Source: an uncultured Porticoccaceae bacterium (GTDB lineage: Bacteria; Pseudomonadota; Gammaproteobacteria; Pseudomonadales; Porticoccaceae). Taken from it: a DNA stretch of 58,312 nucleotides. The DNA lies in NCBI GenBank assembly GCA_965659315.1, contig CBFHVP010000003.1:1-58312 (forward strand), written 5' to 3'. Both the position numbers and the translations under genes were made by a program. The notes under the pieces are model-generated. The model was not told the DNA's origin and made no database searches. It worked only from the letters and a program-made list of their open reading frames with translations. How positions within the stretch are numbered: the stretch's first letter is position 1; each line of letters begins with the position of its first letter. Of the stretch, positions 38,035 to 46,483 are shown piece by piece.

Positions 38035-39476
38035 ATGCGAGCCAGTTGATGGCATTGATGCCAATCCTGACGCTGTCACTCACAGCGGTGGTACTGATGA
38101 TTCAGGCATCTATTAAGCGTGATCAGACAGTAGCTTGGTGGATTACCGCGGCAGGTTTTTTGCTGAGTATTTGGGCTGCCGGTTATGCCCGTGAGTTTAA
38201 CCAGTCTGTGACTGTTTTATTGGAAGTAGATGATTGGGGCCTGTTTTTTAGTACGTTGATCCTATTTGCTTCTTTGGTTAGTTTGATTCTATCGCGAGAG
38301 TCTTTCTTGCGCGAAGGCGAACGCAAAGAAGAATATTATTTGTTACTCGTGCTATCAGTCCTCGGAGCCCTTGTGCTGGTTCAGTCTAGTCACATGGTGT
38401 CGCTATTGTTGGGTATGGAGCTTATGGGCGTCGCTCTTTATGGCATGATTGCATTTCCAGAGAGAGGTGAATTACCGCTAGAGGCGGCGATAAAGTATTT
38501 GGTCTTATCAGCCTGTGCCTCGGCTATGTTGTTATTTGGATTTGCACTGCTCTACGCTGCAACCGGTGATTTAACTTATGCTGGTATAGGAGCCGCTGCC
38601 GGTACTGCCTACGGTCAAGAACCATTGGTTATGATGGTGGGGAGTGCGATGATCCTAGCGGGTCTGGGATTTAAGTTGTCTGTAGTGCCATTTCATATGT
38701 GGACTCCTGATGTCTATCAGGGCGCTCCGACGCCGGTAACGGTTTTTCTTGCGACAGTATCTAAGGGCGCTGTATTTGTCGCCCTGAGCCGATTTTATGT
38801 AGCGGCAGAACTGTATCAGTACAGCACATTGATTTTGGCGTTATCGATAGTGGCCGCGATATCAATGCTCTTCGGTAATTGGCTCGCACTGCAACAGGAT
38901 AATATCAAACGACTGCTCGCCTATTCGTCTATCGCACATTTTGGCTATTTATTACTAGCATTAATTGCCATGTCTTATGCGCAGGCCATGACCGAAGCAC
39001 AATTGATTGGTGAAGCTGTTACCTTCTATTTGACCGCATACATACTGACAACATTAACTGCCTTTGCGGTGGTGACGCATCTCTCCGGTGAAGATGAAAA
39101 GTCTTTGTCGATTGGCGCGTTTGACGGTCTCTTTTGGCGTCAGCCGTTGCAGGCCTGTGGCTTGTCAGTAGCACTGCTATCTTTTGCCGGAATACCATTA
39201 ACCGCTGGATTTATTGGCAAATTTTATTTGATTAATGTCGCCATTCAAAGCCAGTTATGGGTGTTGATGGCCGCTTTGGTGCTCGGAAGTGCCATTGGCA
39301 TTTACTATTATCTGCGTTTTATTTTTGCCATGAGTAAGACATCGGCAATGACCGCTAATGATTCATCACCATCGATCATTGGTGCTCAAGATGTACTCAC
39401 TCTATTGTTGTTAGTGTTGGTGATTTTACTGGGTAGTTGGCCGCAGCCGTTTATTGAGTTTGCTGGCCGCCTGTAA
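38031..39476 (+). CDS. nuoN: NADH-quinone oxidoreductase subunit N
   Basis: EAAIKY, FKLSVVPFHMWTPDVYQGAP, KRLLAYSSIAH and GIPLTAGFIGK. Confidence 0.97.
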   Translation: MNASQLMALMPILTLSLTAVVLMIQASIKRDQTVAWWITAAGFLLSIWAAGYAREFNQSVTVLLEVDDWGLFFSTLILFASLVSLILSRESFLREGERKEEYYLLLVLSVLGALVLVQSSHMVSLLLGMELMGVALYGMIAFPERGELPLEAAIKYLVLSACASAMLLFGFALLYAATGDLTYAGIGAAAGTAYGQEPLVMMVGSAMILAGLGFKLSVVPFHMWTPDVYQGAPTPVTVFLATVSKGAVFVALSRFYVAAELYQYSTLILALSIVAAISMLFGNWLALQQDNIKRLLAYSSIAHFGYLLLALIAMSYAQAMTEAQLIGEAVTFYLTAYILTTLTAFAVVTHLSGEDEKSLSIGAFDGLFWRQPLQACGLSVALLSFAGIPLTAGFIGKFYLINVAIQSQLWVLMAALVLGSAIGIYYYLRFIFAMSKTSAMTANDSSPSIIGAQDVLTLLLLVLVILLGSWPQPFIEFAGRL

Positions 39477-39496
39477 ACCCCATAGTGGAGGAAGCT

Positions 39497-39916
39497 ATGT
39501 TACGTTCTGTTGACCTAAGTGATTATATGCTGCATGACCCAGTGAGAATATCTGCCGAGGCAGACATGTTTACGGCGATTAATTTAATTATTGATCATCG
39601 AGTGTCGGGTATCTGTGTTGTTGATCAGCAGGATATGTTAGTTGGGGTGCTTTCGGAAATGGACTGCCTCAAAGGGATTCTAGCAGCCACCTATAATGAC
39701 AATGGCGGCGTTGGTCGGGTGAAAGAATATATGACAGCCGACGTAGATTTTTGCGATGTCCATGCTGATCTAGTGGATGTGGCGGATGATATGTTGAAAA
39801 AAGGTCATCGACGCCGGCCAGTATTAGATCATGGACGGTTGGTAGGTCAGATTACTTGCCGGCAGTTATTGCGTGTTGTCAGTGAATTTAATCATAATCA
39901 AGTAGCCGCTCATTAG
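39497..39916 (+). CDS. Stand-alone CBS-pair protein (ATG at 39497; alternative GTG at 39485)
   Basis: DYM..., SGICVVD...LVGVLSEMDCL and RRRPVLDHGRLVGQIT: two CBS repeats; GGAGG RBS. Confidence 0.88.
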   Translation: MLRSVDLSDYMLHDPVRISAEADMFTAINLIIDHRVSGICVVDQQDMLVGVLSEMDCLKGILAATYNDNGGVGRVKEYMTADVDFCDVHADLVDVADDMLKKGHRRRPVLDHGRLVGQITCRQLLRVVSEFNHNQVAAH

Positions 39917-39922
39917 CGATTA

Positions 39923-40813
39923 CTAGGCGGCAGACTGTGGCTTATAATTGATAATGTTACGCTGTTGGTCGAGTTGGTAGAGATGATGTGCTCGTCTGGG
40001 CATTTCCTGTAGTGAGTGCTCGGTAATCCTCTGAAAGTACTGAATAAATCGCAGTATCTGCTGTGCCGACATAAGGCCTGATCTGGCCGAATTTCCAGTG
40101 CTTTTTAAGCGTTCTATGAGTTTGGTTTCCTGCTCCAGTCGCCAGTTATATACCGTATCGAACGAGGGCGCTTGCAGCATAATTAACTGATCCGCCATGG
40201 CAAATAGCTGCTGGTAATTGCCGGCCAATGATTGGTTGATATAGTGGCGCCAGTGACCTTCGGGATCCTCAGTTTGTTCCAGAGTATTGATCGGCAATTG
40301 CAGTTCTGATTCAGACTGAGCTATTGCTCCCCAACACCAACCTTCAATCACAATTAGACCCGCCGCGCCACGGTGCATTTCTACTTTATCGCCAGTGACT
40401 CTATCATCAATGCTTTTATCAAATCTGGGTATCTGCGTGTCCACTCCGGCTGTAAGTTGCTCTATAGTCCTTATGGCGAGATCGATATCATGAGTGCCCG
40501 GTACACCGCGAGTCGCTAGTAGGGGGTGAGTAGTATCAGCCAAGAGCGCGCGTTCAGCCTTGGTCAGGTAAAAGTCATCCATGGATAGAGAAACCGCCTT
40601 GATACCATGGCGATCGGCGATCATGGTGCACAGATAATCAGCCAGTGTGGATTTTCCTGATCCCTGACTACCATTGATTCCCAATATTTGTGTGGTTGTG
40701 TCGGCGGCGTATCGATCAGCAAACTGCTGTAATAATGGTTCGAACCATTGTTGAGCACTGTGCAAATAGGCCTGCGGTAATTTGTGCCGTTCGATAAAAT
40801 CTTGTGCTGTCAC
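39923..40813 (-). CDS. P-loop kinase resembling plant/cyanobacterial-type D-glycerate 3-kinase (GLYK family)
   Basis: GINGSQGSGKST, SMDDFYL, RGVPGTHD, PRFDKSIDDR, EGW and WRLEQE motifs, as recalled for the GLYK family. Confidence 0.75.
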   Translation of the reverse strand: MTAQDFIERHKLPQAYLHSAQQWFEPLLQQFADRYAADTTTQILGINGSQGSGKSTLADYLCTMIADRHGIKAVSLSMDDFYLTKAERALLADTTHPLLATRGVPGTHDIDLAIRTIEQLTAGVDTQIPRFDKSIDDRVTGDKVEMHRGAAGLIVIEGWCWGAIAQSESELQLPINTLEQTEDPEGHWRHYINQSLAGNYQQLFAMADQLIMLQAPSFDTVYNWRLEQETKLIERLKSTGNSARSGLMSAQQILRFIQYFQRITEHSLQEMPRRAHHLYQLDQQRNIINYKPQSAA

Positions 40814-40941
40814 TGATGATTGGTCTATTGAGGTTAGAGCGTAAATCCATAGACTAGCACAACCTGCTTTTAAGGCAAAATTCTATGCATCGATCAATGC
40901 TTGGTTGTTTCAGTCGCTACTGCTAATTATCGATGTCACCG

Positions 40942-41826
40942 TCATGGCAAACTATCGACGCAATTTTGGTAGAGGCGAATATTAAAATGAATGTCGGTAG
41001 TTAATCGTTCTAACGTTCGCAGATGCTCTTGTTGCGCCGGCTTGGCATGCCAGTAGTAGGGCGTCATATGCAATAGATCGGCAATAGCAGAGCCTTCAAT
41101 ATCGATAGTTTCTAATATGTCCATTTCATTGAGCAAAGTAAATTCATTACTGTTATCGATGGATTTATGATTGCCCTCATGGGGTACCGGCTGCTCATAG
41201 ATATGAGCGGTGAGTCCGGACAGATGCTGTTTACCGGGCCCCACCAACATCAAGTAACCCTTGGGTTTAATTACTCTTGATGCTTCAGCGGGACTGAATG
41301 GTGAAAAGATCGCCATCGCCATATCGATACTATTATCAAAAAGGGCGAGGTTAAAGCTACTATCCACTGCTAGTTGTGCGTTAAATGGTCGTTTTGCTGC
41401 TAGGCGTACGGCGGTTTTGGAAATATCAACGCCAACCAGTTGTAGATCATCTCTGGCCGCGCTAATAGCTTGCAAATAGAAACCCTCACCACAACCAATA
41501 TCCAAAACCCTGCTGTTGAGGGCCATTATTGAAAGTTGCTGGCTGATGTGGAGAGCGAGATTGTTATAGTGGCCGCGATTGAGAAATCGTTGGCGGCTAC
41601 GAATCATTTCGTCACTATCGCCGGGATTGCGACTGCGTTTATGCTGGGCCAGAAGAAGATTAAGATAGCCTTCACTGGCTCTATCAAAGCTGTGGTTATT
41701 GTAACAGCGATAGGTTTTACCCGCGTTTTCAGGGTTGAGTCGATGGCCACAACTAGGGCACTTGTAGCCATCGGTTGAAGTGATGGGTGTTTTGGCGGTG
41801 AAATCAGGATAAGTAAATGTCGACAT
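40942..41826 (-). CDS. rlmA: 23S rRNA m1G745 methyltransferase RlmA-like
   Basis: Zn finger CPSC...CYNNHSFD, GYLNLL, PGDS.EMI, LDIGCGEG and MTPYYW. Confidence 0.88.
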   Translation of the reverse strand: MSTFTYPDFTAKTPITSTDGYKCPSCGHRLNPENAGKTYRCYNNHSFDRASEGYLNLLLAQHKRSRNPGDSDEMIRSRQRFLNRGHYNNLALHISQQLSIMALNSRVLDIGCGEGFYLQAISAARDDLQLVGVDISKTAVRLAAKRPFNAQLAVDSSFNLALFDNSIDMAMAIFSPFSPAEASRVIKPKGYLMLVGPGKQHLSGLTAHIYEQPVPHEGNHKSIDNSNEFTLLNEMDILETIDIEGSAIADLLHMTPYYWHAKPAQQEHLRTLERLTTDIHFNIRLYQNCVDSLP

Positions 41827-41900
41827 CGGTCACCCAGAAGTTAAGGGTGAATTCTACTCTAAACTAATCTGATTTTGTTACTTCGCAGATTGCCAGTAAT

Positions 41901-43568
41901 TTAAAACAATCCAGTAACCTGCCCACTATCATCGATAGTGATACTATTCGCCGCTGGGACTCTGGGCAATCCTGGCATGGTCATAATGTCACCGCAGACG
42001 ATAACAATAAAACCTGCGCCAGCACTTAGTCTTACTTCGCGTATTGCGACCACGTGCTCAGAGGGAGCCCCTTTAAGATTAGGGTCAGTTGAAAAGCTGT
42101 ATTGCGTTTTGGCAATACAAACCGGTAAATGGCCATAACCATTATCTTGCAGGTCACGAATCTGATCGCGAATTTTCTGATCGGCAATAATATCATCAGC
42201 TCGATAGAGTCTTGTGGCAACGGTTTTAATTTTGTCCCAGATTGGCATATCGTCAGGATATAGGGGTGCAAAGCTTGCCGCGCCGCTGTCGGCAATAGAG
42301 GCGATCTCTTTTGCGAGTTCCTCAGTACCTGCTCCGCCATCTGCCCAATGGGTACATTCGATGGCTTTGACACCGTTGGCATCAGCAACTTGTTTAATCA
42401 GAGCAATCTCAGCATCGGTATCTGAGGTAAATCGATTGATACCTACCACGACAGGAACACCAAAAGATTTAACATTTTCGATATGTCTCACCAGATTGCA
42501 GCATCCATCTTGCAGTGCATCGAGATCTTCTTTATCCAAATTGTCTTTGGTCACGCCACCGTGCATCTTTAGCGCCCTTGTGGTGGCAACAATAACTGAT
42601 GCATCCGGTGCTAGACCTGCGGCACGGCACTTTATGTCAAAGAATTTTTCCGCCCCTAAATCGGCGCCAAAACCTGCTTCTGTGACTACATAATCAGCCA
42701 TTTTTAGGCCGGCTTTGGTGGCGATAACTGAGTTGCAACCATGGGCTATATTAGCAAAGGGGCCGCCGTGGATAATCGCTGGATTATTTTCCAGTGTTTG
42801 GACCAAATTGGGTGCTAGAGCATCCTTAAGTAGTACAGACATAGCACCGGTGCCGAGAATCTCGCTGGCATGAATGGGCTTATGGTCTCTAGTGTAGGCA
42901 ACCACAATTTTATCTAAGCGCGTTTTTAAGTCGTCTAGGTCGGTGGCTAAGCAAAAAATCGCCATAACTTCAGAAGCCACGGTAATATCGTAGCCATCCT
43001 GACGCGGAAATCCATTGCCGGGGCCGCCGAGCCCACAGTTGATACTGCGCAGGGCGCGATCATTCATATCGGCAACGCGCTTCCAGACTATGCGTCGGGC
43101 ATCGATTTCAAGCTTATTGCCCCAATGAATATGATTATCGATCAGTGCAGATAGCAAATTGTGAGCTGCACCTATAGCGTGGAAATCACCAGTAAAGTGG
43201 AGGTTGATATCTTCCATGGGCACTACTTGCGCGTAGCCTCCGCCTGCAGCGCCCCCTTTCATGCCAAAGCAGGGCCCCAGACTGGGTTCGCGCAAGCACA
43301 CGAGCGCTTTTTTGCCAATGCGATTAAGGCCATCGGTCAAGCCCACCGATGTAGTAGTCTTGCCCTCACCGGCAGGGGTGGGTGTGATAGCGGTCACTAG
43401 GATTAGCTTGCCATCGGGTCGGTCATTTAAAGAACTAATATGCTGTGGGTCAATCTTTGCTTTTGTTCGGCCATAGGGAATGATTGCTGAGTCAGGGATA
43501 TTTAGTTTGCCAGCAATTTCACCGATGGGTTGAGTTTGTGCCTTTCGGGCGATATCGATATCACTCAT
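41901..43568 (-). CDS. fhs: Formate--tetrahydrofolate ligase
   Basis: [54 protein letters not shown] and MPGLP; GGAG RBS. Confidence 0.98.
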   Translation of the reverse strand: MSDIDIARKAQTQPIGEIAGKLNIPDSAIIPYGRTKAKIDPQHISSLNDRPDGKLILVTAITPTPAGEGKTTTSVGLTDGLNRIGKKALVCLREPSLGPCFGMKGGAAGGGYAQVVPMEDINLHFTGDFHAIGAAHNLLSALIDNHIHWGNKLEIDARRIVWKRVADMNDRALRSINCGLGGPGNGFPRQDGYDITVASEVMAIFCLATDLDDLKTRLDKIVVAYTRDHKPIHASEILGTGAMSVLLKDALAPNLVQTLENNPAIIHGGPFANIAHGCNSVIATKAGLKMADYVVTEAGFGADLGAEKFFDIKCRAAGLAPDASVIVATTRALKMHGGVTKDNLDKEDLDALQDGCCNLVRHIENVKSFGVPVVVGINRFTSDTDAEIALIKQVADANGVKAIECTHWADGGAGTEELAKEIASIADSGAASFAPLYPDDMPIWDKIKTVATRLYRADDIIADQKIRDQIRDLQDNGYGHLPVCIAKTQYSFSTDPNLKGAPSEHVVAIREVRLSAGAGFIVIVCGDIMTMPGLPRVPAANSITIDDSGQVTGLF

Positions 43569-43820
43569 AGATCATACTCCATAGAGACCAACAATAATCA
43601 GACATTATCAGTGGCTTATTTAGATAGTTATTTTTGACGACATCTTCCTAGCCTGATTGTTTTGATGTATTTCTGCAACCGTCTAGTGTTGTCTTAAAAA
43701 CGACTAGAGCGCACGTCTGGCGGGGGTTATAGGGATGGCGCTGTGTGATACATTGCGGTCGTAATCACAGATTGTTCAGCCTTGCTTGGTAGTTACACTG
43801 CACGAATCAGGAAATGAGAT

Positions 43821-46340
43821 ATGAGTATGAAATCAAGTGCAAAGGTTGTGGTAATTGGCGGTGGTGTTGTCGGGGTAAGTACTCTCTACCATCTTGCCAA
43901 AAAAGGCTGGACTGATGTGGTTTTAGTTGAGCGCAAGGAATTGACCTCTGGCTCAACTTGGCACGCGGCAGGTTTATTGCCACTGTTTAATATGAGTTAT
44001 TCAGTGGGCAAGTTGCACCAGTACTCCGTTAACTTTTACCATGAACTGGAAAAGGAAACCGAGCAAAATGTCGGTTTTAGTGTAGTGTCTAATATTCGTC
44101 TTGCCGCAAATCAAGATCGTATGGATGAGTACAAGTATTACGCAGGAGTTGCTCAGACTGTTGGTGTCGAGGTTAATTTCCTCACGCCAGAGCAGGTTAA
44201 AGAGGCTTGGCCAATGGCCAATGTCGACGGCATTATTGGTGCTATTCAGCACCCAGACGATGGTTATATCCAACCCGCAGATCTCACTCAGGCGTTAGCC
44301 AAGGGCGCTCGTGCACGCGGTGCTGAGATTTACCGCAATACTGCGGTTACCGATATTGAACAGCAGCCTGACAACAGTTGGATCGTTAAAACTGATAAAG
44401 GCGATATTCATTGTGAACATGTGGTGTCTTGTACAGGTAATTTTGCGCGTAAAACCGGTGAAATGGTCGGTCTAGATATCCCTGTGATTCCGGTAGAGCA
44501 CCAATATATCGTTACCGACCCGCACCCTGATGTTTTGGAGCGCAAGGCGCAAGGATTACCTGAGCAGGCGGTACTGCGCGAATCTGATGCCGGTTATTAC
44601 CTTCGTGAAGAGGCCGGTGGCTTTATTCTCGGTCCTTATGAAGAGGGTGCGCCCTGCTGTTATGTGGATGGACCCAGTGATCAGTCAGAATACGAGTTAT
44701 TTAATGGCGACCTTGATCGTCTTATGCCACATATTGAGGCCTGTATGGCGCGTGTGCCCGCCTTCGCTGAGGTGGGTGTTAAGACGGTCTATAACGGTGC
44801 TATCGCTTACACACCAGATGGCAACCCTATAGTTGGCCCCGCCTGGGGTTTGAAAAATTTCTGGCTTAATGAGGGCCATAGCTTCGGAATTACCGCCGCT
44901 GGCGGTGCCGGTTGGCAGCTGGCAGAGTGGATTGTCGATGGTGAACCCACTGTCGATATGATGGGTGTCGACCCGCGTCGTTTTGGGCCCTATGCCAGTC
45001 GAGGTTATTTGCGCAGCAAAAATGAAGAAGCCTATGATCATGTGTTTAAAAATCATTATCCCGATGAAGAGCGCGGAGCAGCGCGGCCACTAAAGACTGC
45101 ACCCTGCTACGAGCGTATGCGTGAGTTGGGTGCAGTGTTTGGCTCTGTCTATGGCTGGGAAAGGCCTAATTGGTTCGCGCCTGACGACTATTCATTGTCT
45201 GACCAAGATCTCGATAAGGCTGATACGCTATGGAATAAAAACCACTCCAAAGCATTAGATGATGGCCGTATTGTTGAGAAAAACTCTTTTCGTCGTTCGA
45301 ACTATTTTGACTTTGTCGGTCAAGAGTGTCGCCACGTCAATGAGAAAGTGGGTCTACTGGATATGTCTGCATTTTCCAAAGCGACTGTTACTGGGCCGGG
45401 TGCAGAGGCTTGGTTAAATAGTATTGTGGCCAATACGGTTCCCAAAGGTATTGGTCGTATTGGTCTCTGTCATATGCTGTCACAAAATGGTGGTGTACGG
45501 GCTGAGTTTACGATCTATAAGCGGGCTAAAAACAGCTACTACTTGGTATTTGCTGGTGCTCAAGAACGTCATGACTGGGATTACCTGTGCAAGCTAGCGC
45601 CAGCTGACGGTTCGGTCAATCTACAGAAAATCACCACTCAGCTAGGAGTGTTGGTTTTGGCTGGACCAAAGTCACGCGATGTGCTGCAAAAGCTTACCGA
45701 TACAGACCTGTCTAATGATAACTTCAAATGGTTAACCGGTAAGTCCATTAATGTCGGTTATGCCCAAGCTGAGGCGCTACGGGTCAATTTTGTTGGCGAG
45801 TTGGGTTGGGAATTACATCATCCAATTGAGATGCAGAACTACATCTTCGATGAGTTGATCAAGGCGGGTGCCGAGTTTGACATAAAGCCATTCGGTATTC
45901 GTGCCATGGATAGTATGCGTCTAGAAAAATCTTACCGTCTGATTCCGCGAGAAATGTCGATTGAATATTCTGCTCTGGAGTCGGGCTTACATCGTTTTGT
46001 TAAGCTCGATAAAGACTGCGACTTCGTCGGTAAGCAGGCACTGTTGTTATGGCAGAAAAAAGGTTTTGCCAATTGTTTTGTGACCTTAGAGGTCCATGGC
46101 GTAACTGATGCTGATGCGCGTGGCTCAGAGGGGCTTTATAAAGAGGGTCAGCTAGTAGGGCGAGCGACCTCCGGAGGGTTTGGGTTTCGTACCAATAAGT
46201 CTTTGGCTCTTGGCTTGGTGAAGGCAGAGTTTGGCACGCTGGGGACTGAATTAGAGATTGAAATTCTTGGCGATCGCTATGCCGCGACAGTGATTCAGGA
46301 GTCACCATTTGACCCTGATAACAGGCGTCTGTTGGGGTAA
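43821..46340 (+). CDS. Dimethylglycine dehydrogenase-type FAD oxidoreductase with a GcvT (THF-binding) C-terminus
   Basis: GGGVVG, TSGSTWHAAG (covalent-FAD His), YTPDGNP, GWERPNWF, GELGWELH and RLEKSY; 839 aa. The substrate is inferred from context. Confidence 0.88.
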   Translation: MSMKSSAKVVVIGGGVVGVSTLYHLAKKGWTDVVLVERKELTSGSTWHAAGLLPLFNMSYSVGKLHQYSVNFYHELEKETEQNVGFSVVSNIRLAANQDRMDEYKYYAGVAQTVGVEVNFLTPEQVKEAWPMANVDGIIGAIQHPDDGYIQPADLTQALAKGARARGAEIYRNTAVTDIEQQPDNSWIVKTDKGDIHCEHVVSCTGNFARKTGEMVGLDIPVIPVEHQYIVTDPHPDVLERKAQGLPEQAVLRESDAGYYLREEAGGFILGPYEEGAPCCYVDGPSDQSEYELFNGDLDRLMPHIEACMARVPAFAEVGVKTVYNGAIAYTPDGNPIVGPAWGLKNFWLNEGHSFGITAAGGAGWQLAEWIVDGEPTVDMMGVDPRRFGPYASRGYLRSKNEEAYDHVFKNHYPDEERGAARPLKTAPCYERMRELGAVFGSVYGWERPNWFAPDDYSLSDQDLDKADTLWNKNHSKALDDGRIVEKNSFRRSNYFDFVGQECRHVNEKVGLLDMSAFSKATVTGPGAEAWLNSIVANTVPKGIGRIGLCHMLSQNGGVRAEFTIYKRAKNSYYLVFAGAQERHDWDYLCKLAPADGSVNLQKITTQLGVLVLAGPKSRDVLQKLTDTDLSNDNFKWLTGKSINVGYAQAEALRVNFVGELGWELHHPIEMQNYIFDELIKAGAEFDIKPFGIRAMDSMRLEKSYRLIPREMSIEYSALESGLHRFVKLDKDCDFVGKQALLLWQKKGFANCFVTLEVHGVTDADARGSEGLYKEGQLVGRATSGGFGFRTNKSLALGLVKAEFGTLGTELEIEILGDRYAATVIQESPFDPDNRRLLG

Positions 46341-46349
46341 ATTTAGCGC

Positions 46350-46380
46350 GTCGTGCACGGATATTGTGATGTCGTAGCAC
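46350..46380 (+). promoter_or_regulatory. Candidate AraC/GlxA-type operator: direct repeat with 21-bp period
   Basis: GTCGTGCAC at 46350 and GTCGTAGCAC at 46371, upstream of the methyltransferase gene. Confidence 0.45.
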
Positions 46381-46449
46381 CATATGCGGTGACTAGCGAA
46401 CAAGCACAGACTGCCGGCCAAGGTGGGCTGATAAAACAACGGTTTATCC

Positions 46450-46478
46450 ACTCTGATGTGGACTCTAATGTGGACTAT
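46450..46478 (+). repeat. 12-bp tandem duplication just upstream of the mttB start
   Basis: ACTCTGATGTGG-ACTCTAATGTGG-ACTAT. Confidence 0.8.
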
Positions 46479-46483
46479 TTACT

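Noticed and set aside
43569-43820. Cobalamin, SAM, THF or glycine riboswitch ahead of the C1 genes
   Set aside because: No B12-box or other recognisable consensus by eye; an Rfam scan would be needed to exclude it formally.
46385-46430. ZTP (pfl) riboswitch resemblance (GTGACTAGCGAA...GCCGGCC...TGGG)
   Set aside because: It lacks the P2 stem and the complementary CGCC pseudoknot partner; the similarity is superficial.
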